A DNA stretch of 64,000 nt from Syntrophomonadaceae bacterium (lineage in GTDB: Bacteria > Bacillota > Syntrophomonadia > Syntrophomonadales > DTU052), in the NCBI GenBank assembly GCA_012729505.1, contig JAAYDA010000072.1:76162-140161 (forward strand), in the 5' to 3' direction. Below, piece after piece: positions 44,652 through 52,980 of this stretch. The position numbers were made by a program, and so were the translations under genes. A model generated the notes under the pieces. It saw only the letters and a list, made by a program, of their open reading frames with translations. It had not been told where the DNA came from and did not search any database. Every line of letters starts with the position of its first letter. The stretch's first letter is position 1.

Positions 44652-46265
44652 TTAGTCCGAATACATTTTTTTCAGATCCTGTTTAAGCACCTTGCCGGAG
44701 GGGTTCTTCGGTAATTCGGCGACGAATTCCACGAACTCCGGAACCTTGTATTTTGCGATCTTATCGCTCAGGTAGTCTTTCACCTCCTGGGCGGTCATGC
44801 TTTCACCCGGATTTAAGGCGATGCAGGCCCGGACGCGTTCACCCAGAGCAGTATCTGGTGCTCCAATGACAGCCACTTCTAATATTTTCGGATGCTTTTC
44901 CAGCGGTATTTCAATCTCCCTCGGATAAATGTTTTCACCGCCGCGGTTAATCATTTCTTTCTTGCGGCCGGAAATATAGAGGAAGCCCTGTTCATCCATC
45001 CAGCCCATATCTCCGGTGTGCAGCCAGCCATCCTTGACGGTCTCGGCAGTTGCTTCCGGCTTGTTGAGATAGCCGATCATGACAGCGTCGCCTTTCATGC
45101 AGATCTCACCCTTTTCACCGTAAGGAAGAATATTATTATCATCATCCATGATCTCTATTTCCTGGGAGGCGTAGGCAGTTCCAACTGCGGCCCAGTTCTC
45201 AGGAGTGCCATAACCGGAAGTAGAAACGCCGCAAACTTCAGTAAGACCATAACCGTCTATAACGCGAACCCCGAACTTATCTTTGAAAGATTGCACTATA
45301 TCCAACGGCATGGGAGCGGCTCCGGAAAAAGCGTAACGCAGCTTTACCTTGTCCATTTCAATCGTCGAGGGGTCTACCGAGTTTACAATGTATTGGTACA
45401 TGGCCGGAACCCCCATCACAATAGTAACACCGTACCTGGTGCAGGAGGGCCAGAATTCGTCCGGAGAGAAGATTCTGCGAATAACAAAGGAAATCCCTTG
45501 GTAGCTGTAGGGATACGTCCATACACACAGGGGATTAGTATGAAACATGGGCAGGAGTATCATCATGACATCCTCTGCAATATTGGCGCCCATGGAGGCC
45601 ATGTCCTTACATATGGAAAACTCGCCCTTGTTAGACAACAATATGCCTTTAGGCATACCCGTAGTTCCCGAGGAATAAAGGAGCAGGAACGGATCATCCG
45701 GTGACTGCGGAACCAGGCATTCGTCAGCGGGGTAGGTGTCCATAATAGCCTTGAGAGTTGTCTGGGCAATATCAGTATCATGGGGAATACCGGTTTCTAC
45801 TTCAACAACGATGGGCTTGTGAGCTGACATTTGGTAACCGCGGGCAAACTCGGCCATGAACTCGCTGCAGACAAAAGCGACCTTGGGTTTGGAATCTTCG
45901 AGAACGTAAGCTATTTCAGGCCCTTTCAGCATGTAGTTGACACCGCCGGCTATGGCGCCCAGCTTCTGTGCGCCAAAGGTTGTGTACCAAACATCGGGAG
46001 AGTTAAGGATCATGATGGAAACGATATCTCCTTTGACAACCCCTTTTTCCTTGAGATAGTTGCCTATTTTATTGGAGCGCTCGTTGGTCTGGCGGTAGGT
46101 AATGACTTCATCGTAGTAGTAACAGTGGATCTTGTCAGGGATTTCCTGACATCGGGTGGTGATCATTTCCGCCATGCTGTCAAACTCCAGCCGCAGACCC
46201 TTCATGTGCTCGACTCCCTCAATCGGGAAAACCTCTCTGATGAATCGTTTGCTTTTGTCGATCAT
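44652..46265 (-). CDS. AMP-dependent acyl-CoA synthetase/ligase
   Basis: 537-aa ORF with YSSGTTGMPKG, GYGLTE, TGDMG and PKNPSGKVLK motifs. Confidence 0.85.
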   Translation of the reverse strand: MIDKSKRFIREVFPIEGVEHMKGLRLEFDSMAEMITTRCQEIPDKIHCYYYDEVITYRQTNERSNKIGNYLKEKGVVKGDIVSIMILNSPDVWYTTFGAQKLGAIAGGVNYMLKGPEIAYVLEDSKPKVAFVCSEFMAEFARGYQMSAHKPIVVEVETGIPHDTDIAQTTLKAIMDTYPADECLVPQSPDDPFLLLYSSGTTGMPKGILLSNKGEFSICKDMASMGANIAEDVMMILLPMFHTNPLCVWTYPYSYQGISFVIRRIFSPDEFWPSCTRYGVTIVMGVPAMYQYIVNSVDPSTIEMDKVKLRYAFSGAAPMPLDIVQSFKDKFGVRVIDGYGLTEVCGVSTSGYGTPENWAAVGTAYASQEIEIMDDDNNILPYGEKGEICMKGDAVMIGYLNKPEATAETVKDGWLHTGDMGWMDEQGFLYISGRKKEMINRGGENIYPREIEIPLEKHPKILEVAVIGAPDTALGERVRACIALNPGESMTAQEVKDYLSDKIAKYKVPEFVEFVAELPKNPSGKVLKQDLKKMYSD

Positions 46266-46414
46266 TACTATTCCCCTTTCCCATTTGATACTATTTAATG
46301 ACTGTAATGAAATTTACGCACGAAGTTCAATATGCATGTATTTCTAGAACCCATTATTAGTCGGGCACCGCTGCTAAAGGTTCTGTTCTGCTAACGGATT
46401 CTGGTTTTCTGACC

Positions 46415-47908
46415 CTATACCCCCAATATCTTTATTTTTGGATCCGCAACTGACATGCCGGCCAGCTTATAAACCGCTTCTCTTCTTTTCTTTATATCGT
46501 ACTGGCTGGTGATGGCGATCTGTTCCATAATCGGGGATCCTCCGCCATGATAGTTGCCGTAATTTCCCGATCCGGCGGAATGGGATGTGGTAGCGTCCAC
46601 AAACATCAGCCAGAATTTCCACTGATCCTCCACGGGAATATTGGGATTGCGGTTGATGTATTTTTCCAAAAACGGCCTCAGTTCAGGATTCAGCAGATCC
46701 TTTTCAGTAGGGAAGGTGGCCGGAATACCGCCCGCGATATTACAAAGAATCTCCTGTTCGTGGAAAACGGCTTCTCCGGTCAAACACCGGCCCACATTGG
46801 CGTAAATGGAATTGGGGATGTAGCTGCCGGGGCCGTAAGGGACCGGACCGTATCCCGGCACATATACCTCGGGTTTGCCCAGGGAGGATGCCGTGAATCC
46901 TGCGGCATATCCTAATTCAGCAGTCATAATCAGTTCCGAAAGCATTGCTCTCACATGATCCGTCTTTTCAATGCCGTTAATATGCGCAGCTCCCGCCGCC
47001 AGTCCCAGGATAAAGTCCAGGCAGGCCGGTTTGCAGCCGGAATAGCTATGGCGATGGAACAGAGCAAACAGCAAAGCCGCTATTCCGCCGTGGTTTACCT
47101 CTCCACACAAGAATACCCGCTCCCAGGGAATGAAGGTATCGTCAAAAATGATGTAGGAATCAGTATAGCCTGATCTCTTGGCACTGGGCAGAAGTTCCCG
47201 TTTGGAAGCATTGTGGAAGGAAACAACCTGCTTGATTTCCGGATGATCAGATGGGATAGCGAAGCATACCGCATAATCACTCTCATCTTTGGTCAGGGCG
47301 CGGTTAGGCACTACCAAGATCTCGTCCGAAATGGACGCTTCCGAGATATGGACTTTGCAGCCTCGCACCACTATACCATCGCTCTTTCTCTCCACCACCC
47401 GCAGATACTGGTCCGGGTCTGTCTGCTGGGACGGCCTTTTCAGCCTTTCGCCCTTGACATCGGTCTGAGCGCAGCTGGCTACCAGGTCGTTGGCCTGAAA
47501 ATATTCCAGCCACTTGAGCCAATTGGTATAATAATCGGTTCCCCGGTCAGGAATTTTGCTCGCCTCGAAAGAAACGGCATTTATGGCATTGGCGGCGTCA
47601 ATGCCCATACATCTCTGGATACAAGTGCCGACCTGGTTGCAGAGGAGCCTGGTCATATCTTGCTTCTTGTGCAGGTCATCAGTACTTTGATGGATGTGAT
47701 TGAACCGGTTGATGGTCTGACCGTTCAAATGGGAGGTGGCGGTACACAGATCCTTGAACTCCGGATCAAAGGCAGCCTCAAATGTTAATCCCATCACATT
47801 GATGGCGCCTTCCTGCATGGGATCGAGCCGGTCGATTTTCGCTCCGTTAAAATAAAGATTAGAATTCTTCTTCCCCAAATCCGCAATATATTGGGCTTTG
47901 GTTCTCAT
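46415..47908 (-). CDS. abfD: 4-hydroxybutyryl-CoA dehydratase / vinylacetyl-CoA isomerase-like protein (4-hydroxyphenylacetate 3-hydroxylase superfamily)
   Basis: 497-aa ORF. Its overall layout, and a CIQRC Cys pair at the position where AbfD carries [4Fe-4S] ligands, support the call. The substrate assignment is an inference. Confidence 0.65.
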   Translation of the reverse strand: MRTKAQYIADLGKKNSNLYFNGAKIDRLDPMQEGAINVMGLTFEAAFDPEFKDLCTATSHLNGQTINRFNHIHQSTDDLHKKQDMTRLLCNQVGTCIQRCMGIDAANAINAVSFEASKIPDRGTDYYTNWLKWLEYFQANDLVASCAQTDVKGERLKRPSQQTDPDQYLRVVERKSDGIVVRGCKVHISEASISDEILVVPNRALTKDESDYAVCFAIPSDHPEIKQVVSFHNASKRELLPSAKRSGYTDSYIIFDDTFIPWERVFLCGEVNHGGIAALLFALFHRHSYSGCKPACLDFILGLAAGAAHINGIEKTDHVRAMLSELIMTAELGYAAGFTASSLGKPEVYVPGYGPVPYGPGSYIPNSIYANVGRCLTGEAVFHEQEILCNIAGGIPATFPTEKDLLNPELRPFLEKYINRNPNIPVEDQWKFWLMFVDATTSHSAGSGNYGNYHGGGSPIMEQIAITSQYDIKKRREAVYKLAGMSVADPKIKILGV

Positions 47909-48004
47909 AATAAATACCTCCTTATTAAAAGATTGATTATAAGCTAACAGAACTTCTTTTTATTCCGCCAGAACATTATGAAAATACTCCCGATGATATT
48001 TATG

Positions 48005-48020
48005 TGCAATTATTATGCCA
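48005..48020 (-). promoter_or_regulatory. Sigma-54 (-24/-12) promoter for the abfD-acyl-CoA ligase operon
   Basis: The minus strand reads TGGCAT-AATAA-TTGCA, with the GG and GC elements correctly spaced. It lies 97 nt upstream of the abfD ATG and is divergent from a sigma-54 activator gene. Confidence 0.75.
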
Positions 48021-48070
48021 ATAGTAAAAGGCCTATTCCAGGCTTCTTTACCGCCTGGCGCCAAAATAAC

Positions 48071-48135
48071 TGTCCTTTTTTAGGACATCAATTTATGATA
48101 TTATTAAGAATAGGACATGTGTCGAATAAGGGACA
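48071..48135. promoter_or_regulatory. Candidate enhancer (UAS) sites for the sigma-54 activator
   Basis: TGTCC-TTTTTT-AGGACA lies at 48071-48087, GGACA-TG-TGTC at 48113-48123, and a further GGGACA half-site at 48130-48135. These are 50-130 bp upstream of the -24/-12 element. Confidence 0.45.
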
Positions 48136-48195
48136 TTTCTTGCCTGAAAAATAATTCAATTTTGGTTTAACCCATAGATTTTCGTCCGGGTAATA

Positions 48196-50424
48196 ATGCG
48201 GGAGGGAGTGGACTTTGTGCAGGGAAATCCCTTGAAAATGCATCAAATTTGGAAAATGGTACATCAAAACGGTCATTGTGATGGTATATCCATTTCCGAT
48301 GATATAAGACAATCCTGGGCTCGCAGTAAAGCGGCCGGCGTTGACCAATACAAACGTTATTGTGATTATGTTTTGGATGCCAGAGAATTAGAAACCCTCA
48401 AGAACAATAACCGAACCCTCTTGGAACAAGCTGAAATCATGCTGGGACACCTGAATCAGTTTTTGGGAGAAACGGGTTTTGTTTTCGTGTTATCCGATTA
48501 CAAGGCAGGCTGCATTCTCATAAGGGTTGGCGGGCAAGCCGCAATGGATTTTGCCAACCATTCCAATATGGTGGAGGGTTCAGTTTGGACAGAGGAGACG
48601 ATGGGAACTACCAGCGGTTTGATGGCCAGCATTTTGAAAAAACCGGTGCAGTTTTTCGGATATGAAAACTACTGCCGGGTGGCCTCATTTGCCTGCAGCG
48701 CCTCATCGCCAATTTTTGATGAAGATGGCGAAGTAGTAGGGATTATTACCCTTTCCGGACCATACCATCTGGTAAATCATCATACCCTGGGAATGGTGGT
48801 GGCGGCTTCGCGAGCAATTGAACGCCAGATGGCCCTTAAAGATGCCTATGAAAAAAGCGAAATCGCGTATCAGAACAGTGAAATGGAAAACCTTTTCAAA
48901 ACCACCATAATGGACTCCATGTCAGAGGGAGTATTAACCTTGGACCCGGAAGGCAGGTTGACCCATATCAATCAAATTGCAGCTGAATGCCTGGGCATTA
49001 ATTATAAGAAATCCATCGGGGCTAAACTGGCGGACTTGATGGCTCCGGAAAACGAACGGTTCTTCTTTGATATTTCCAGCAACCATAGAATGTCAAACGA
49101 AACCAGATTAATTAAACACAAAGATGAAATGGTGAAACTGGCGGTCAGCTGCACTCCCCTGATTGGTAAGAAAGGCCGCAATATGGGGAACGTAGTAATC
49201 CTGCAGCAAATGAAGCAATACAAACGTTTGATTGAACGGCTTTCCGGTTCCCAAGCCAACATTACTTTTGATAACATCATCGGAGAAAGTAAGGAATTTC
49301 AGTTTGTCGTTCAATCAGCCAAAATAGCTGCCGAGTCGGATTCCAACGTTTTATTGCTGGGCGAGAGCGGTGTTGGCAAGGACATGTTCGCCCAAGCCAT
49401 TCACAACGCCAGCAGCCGGTCCGGGGAACCTTTCTTTGCCATAAACTGTGCCGCCCTTCCCAGGGAGCTAATATCCAGCGAGCTTTTCGGATATGAGGAA
49501 GGCGCTTTTACAGGCGCTCGCAAAGGGGGAAATCCAGGCAAGTTCGAGCTCGCAGATCAGGGCACCATTTTTCTCGATGAGATCGGTGAAATGCCACTGG
49601 ACCTTCAAGGTACTCTTTTGCGATTTATTGAGGAAGGAACGTTAATAAGATTGGGCGGCAGAGAGGTAATACCGATAAATGTTCGAATTATCGCCGCTTC
49701 CAACAAGGATCTGCTGGAAGAGGTCAAAAAAGGCAGTTTCAGGCTAGACCTCTATTATAGATTAGATGTAATTAACATTAAAATTCCGCCTTTGCGTGAT
49801 CGAAAAGATGATATTCCCCGTTTGAGCCAGCATTTTATAGAGGTTATCGGCCCCAAGCTCCGTAAGAGGATCGAAGGCATTGAAGAACAGGCCCTTGAAC
49901 TCTTAATAAAATATAATTGGCCGGGCAACATCAGAGAACTTAGCAATGTTCTTGAACGGGCCATTAATTTTACCAACAGCGAGGTACTAACATTGCATGA
50001 TATTTCAGCGGAAGTAAAAGAAAACGGCCCGGAAGGAAAGTTTAAAGGGGAAACACATATAGGCAGAGACGAAATTGTGGGGTTGATAGAATATTTAGCG
50101 TCAATAATCAATCCTGTTACAAACTTCATTGACGAACAACCTGTTGAAAGCGGTACCGGCAGAGAAGAATACGGCAATACCAATGTGGGTAACATTAATA
50201 GCCGGCCATTGCCCGGAAACGATTTCTCCCGGCAAGGCAAAACCAATGACATTATAATTTTGCCAAAATCAAAATTAGAGCGGAACAAGGAACTGCTGGA
50301 AGCTGAAATAATCAAGAATTGCCTGCAAAAGCATAAGGGGAATAAAAAGAAAGCCGCCCATGATCTGGGGATTTCCCGCAGCAGTCTCTACCGAAAAATC
50401 GATAAACTTTCAATTGATACGTAG
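48196..50424 (+). CDS. Sigma-54-dependent transcriptional activator (N-terminal sensory domain, PAS, AAA+ and Fis-type HTH)
   Basis: 742-aa ORF with GESGVGKD (Walker A), GAFTGA (the sigma-54 contact loop), FLDEIGEM and a C-terminal HTH (KKKAAHDLGISRSSLYRKI). The start codon is uncertain (48196, 48217 or 48238). Confidence 0.9.
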   Translation: MREGVDFVQGNPLKMHQIWKMVHQNGHCDGISISDDIRQSWARSKAAGVDQYKRYCDYVLDARELETLKNNNRTLLEQAEIMLGHLNQFLGETGFVFVLSDYKAGCILIRVGGQAAMDFANHSNMVEGSVWTEETMGTTSGLMASILKKPVQFFGYENYCRVASFACSASSPIFDEDGEVVGIITLSGPYHLVNHHTLGMVVAASRAIERQMALKDAYEKSEIAYQNSEMENLFKTTIMDSMSEGVLTLDPEGRLTHINQIAAECLGINYKKSIGAKLADLMAPENERFFFDISSNHRMSNETRLIKHKDEMVKLAVSCTPLIGKKGRNMGNVVILQQMKQYKRLIERLSGSQANITFDNIIGESKEFQFVVQSAKIAAESDSNVLLLGESGVGKDMFAQAIHNASSRSGEPFFAINCAALPRELISSELFGYEEGAFTGARKGGNPGKFELADQGTIFLDEIGEMPLDLQGTLLRFIEEGTLIRLGGREVIPINVRIIAASNKDLLEEVKKGSFRLDLYYRLDVINIKIPPLRDRKDDIPRLSQHFIEVIGPKLRKRIEGIEEQALELLIKYNWPGNIRELSNVLERAINFTNSEVLTLHDISAEVKENGPEGKFKGETHIGRDEIVGLIEYLASIINPVTNFIDEQPVESGTGREEYGNTNVGNINSRPLPGNDFSRQGKTNDIIILPKSKLERNKELLEAEIIKNCLQKHKGNKKKAAHDLGISRSSLYRKIDKLSIDT

Positions 50425-50535
50425 TGTCACCAGCGCATCATCCTCAAGGAGGCAGATCAGCAACCAGTCCGGGAGAATATTGCACTCCATTTTACATCAT
50501 ATGCACGATAATACAATACACTGCACGAAAAACAT

Positions 50536-50908
50536 GTTGTTAATCAGCGATAATGTCATGGTATTACTCATCAGGGAAAATGTCATCCCGACAATTCGGA
50601 ATTTGGGTGCGAGACACGGGATGAATTCCAGCGTAGCGACCGTGGGGATGAGAACCGAGCAAACCTCTGCAAAGGTGAGGCAAAAGAGCAGCCGAAGGAC
50701 AGGATGTCCTGAGTCCGCCTCCTGAGCCATGGAGGGCGAATTGGCGGTGTGCTGCTCGGAGGCCGAACCTGAGCAGTTGTTTTTGCCGGTTCTCATTCCG
50801 GGAGCAAGTGGAATTCAATCCGGGTCGAATCCGGGAATCAAATCTCTGCTAAAGTATTTGTGTCTCCCACTAGTCCTAACATGACATTTTCCCTGACCAT
50901 GACAAACA
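50536..50908. mobile_element. Non-coding composite element with terminal inverted repeats, copy 2 (core 50615-50824)
   Basis: The terminal inverted repeats are TCAGGGAAAATGTCAT (50571-50586) and ATGACATTTTCCCTGA (50881-50896). The core is in the same plus-strand orientation as copy 1, but the flanking arms are the reverse complement of the copy 1 arms. Confidence 0.8.
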
Positions 50909-50941
50909 CAGCACTAATAGCAACGTTATGTGTACACATTC

Positions 50942-52759
50942 CTACTCCACAGTCACTGATTTGGCTAGATTTCTGGGTTTATCAACATCACAGCCCCGGG
51001 CAACAGCAATATTATAGGCCAGAAGCTGCAAAGGCACTACTGACACCAGGGGCGAAAATATGGATTTCACCACCGGGATTAGAATTACTTCGTCACATTC
51101 CCGGATGGTTTCGGTCATATCCCGTTTGGTTACTCCGATTATCGTCCCTTTACGGGCCTTAACTTCTTTGATGTTGGACATCATTTTGTCCTCCAAGTCT
51201 TCCTGGGTGATCAGAGATATAACCGGCACCCCTTCTTCAATCAGGGCTAACGTCCCATGCTTCAGCTCCCCGGCCGCATATGCTTCAGCATGAATATAAG
51301 ATATCTCCTTTAATTTCAAAGCACCCTCCAGGACCAGCATGTAGTCCAGGCCCCGTCCCAAAAAGAACGCGCTGGAAGCTTGACTATACTTGTCAGCAAT
51401 TGCTTCAACGGAGCTGACATCCTCCAGGAATTCTTCAATTTTCTCCGGAATCGCCGCCAAATCTTGAACCATATCCTCAATAGCCGCTGAATCCATCACA
51501 TTTCTGCGTTCAGCCAAAAAGATGGCCAGCATATACATGATCAGCAGCTGAGTAGAGTATGCCTTGGTGGAGGCCACCGAGATTTCCGGGCCGGCCCAGG
51601 TATGGATAACTGCGTCAGACTCGCGGGCCACCGAGCTTCCCACCACATTGGTCACCGCCAGGACCTTGATCCCTTTCCTCTTAGCTTCCCTTAGGACCGC
51701 CAAGGTATCGGCAGTCTCTCCGGATTGACTGACTACGATCAGAATGGAATCCTGGGGCCACAAAACCTCCCGGTAGCGAAATTCGGAAGCAATATCTACT
51801 TCAACCGGAATTTTGGCCAGTTTTTCAATCAGGTGCTTACCGACCATACCCGCATGATAAGCAGTGCCACAAGCTACGATAAATATTTTGCTGACCCGAT
51901 CCAGGAATTTATCCAGTTTCAGCTCCGAGAAGTCCACCCGGTTGTCCACGATTCGTCCCCGCATAGTATCCCTCAAAGCTCGGGGTTGTTCATTAATTTC
52001 CTTTATCATAAAATGCGGATATCCATTTTTCTCAGCCTGATGCGGGTCCCAGTCCACCAGGAAAACCTCCTTGGTGATCCCATTGCCCTTGGCGTTTAAT
52101 AGGCTAACTCCCTCCGAAGTCAAGACGGCCATTTCTCCATCATCTAAAATATAGAATTTATTAGTGCGGCTTAATACCGCCGGGATATCCGAAGCCAGAA
52201 AGTATTCTCCCTCACCTAAGCCAACTACCAGCGGACTATCCTTGCGAACCGCTACAATTTTATGAGGATCCTTCCGGCTGACTACCGCCAAAGCATAGGA
52301 ACCCTGCAAATGTCCGACTACTTCCTGTACCGCTGTCAGCAAATTCCCCCGAAAACAATCTTCAACCAAATGAGCCAGAACTTCGGTATCGGTCTGGGAT
52401 GTAAAAGTATGACCTTTCTCTATCAATCTCTGGCGAAGGCGAGCATAGTTTTCAATTATACCATTGTGGATCACTGCAAAGTCCCGGCTACAGTCTACAT
52501 GGGGATGAGCATTTTCATCACTGGGCACACCATGAGTAGCCCAGCGAGTGTGTCCTATGCCAATATTGGAATAAGGAGCATCCTCCAGGTGCTCCTCCAG
52601 TATAGCTAATCGGCCTTCTTTTTTTTGAAACCACAGCTTCTCTTCGGCGAGAACTGCCACTCCGGCTGAATCATAACCTCTGTATTCCAGTTTCCTTAAT
52701 CCCGCAATAATTTCCGGGATAGCATCCCGGTTGCCTATATACCCAATTATTCCGCACAA
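50942..52759 (-). CDS. glmS: Glutamine--fructose-6-phosphate aminotransferase
   Basis: The ORF-track frame 50942-52972 is trimmed to TTG at 52759, with GGAGGA 9 nt upstream. The protein then begins (M)CGIIGYIG, giving the obligatory N-terminal Cys nucleophile. The sequence upstream is the glmS ribozyme. Confidence 0.9.
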   Translation of the reverse strand: MCGIIGYIGNRDAIPEIIAGLRKLEYRGYDSAGVAVLAEEKLWFQKKEGRLAILEEHLEDAPYSNIGIGHTRWATHGVPSDENAHPHVDCSRDFAVIHNGIIENYARLRQRLIEKGHTFTSQTDTEVLAHLVEDCFRGNLLTAVQEVVGHLQGSYALAVVSRKDPHKIVAVRKDSPLVVGLGEGEYFLASDIPAVLSRTNKFYILDDGEMAVLTSEGVSLLNAKGNGITKEVFLVDWDPHQAEKNGYPHFMIKEINEQPRALRDTMRGRIVDNRVDFSELKLDKFLDRVSKIFIVACGTAYHAGMVGKHLIEKLAKIPVEVDIASEFRYREVLWPQDSILIVVSQSGETADTLAVLREAKRKGIKVLAVTNVVGSSVARESDAVIHTWAGPEISVASTKAYSTQLLIMYMLAIFLAERRNVMDSAAIEDMVQDLAAIPEKIEEFLEDVSSVEAIADKYSQASSAFFLGRGLDYMLVLEGALKLKEISYIHAEAYAAGELKHGTLALIEEGVPVISLITQEDLEDKMMSNIKEVKARKGTIIGVTKRDMTETIRECDEVILIPVVKSIFSPLVSVVPLQLLAYNIAVARGCDVDKPRNLAKSVTVE

Positions 52760-52782
52760 CTTGTTTATTCCTCCTAACAATA

Positions 52783-52940
52783 GCCAGAAGCCGCACCCTT
52801 TGTCTCCTCCATTACCGGAGGTTTTTGCAGAGCGGCTAACGATGCCGGCACACCGTGGGGCATCCGCCGATAATTCGATAAACCCCACCCTCGTCAACCT
52901 ATCAATATAAGCCATTTCTGATAGGTCCAGGCGCTTGCTT
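52783..52940 (-). ncRNA. glmS: glmS ribozyme (glucosamine-6-phosphate activated self-cleaving riboswitch)
   Basis: The minus strand reads AGCGCCTGGAC...GGTTGACGAGGGTGGGGTTTATCGAATTATCGGCGGATGCCCCACGG...GCCGGC.... This matches the B. subtilis core AGCGCCAGAAC...GTTGACGAGGAGGAGGTTTATCGAATTTTCGGCGGATGCCTCCCGG. The boundaries are approximate. Confidence 0.85.
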
Positions 52941-52980
52941 TGTTGAGCAATAGTCAATATTCTACTGCCCAACCCAGATT

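Noticed and set aside
52760-52972. A 71-codon N-terminal extension of the glmS ORF.
   Set aside because: The region is the glmS ribozyme. GlmS must begin with Met-Cys, and that start is provided by the TTG at 52759.
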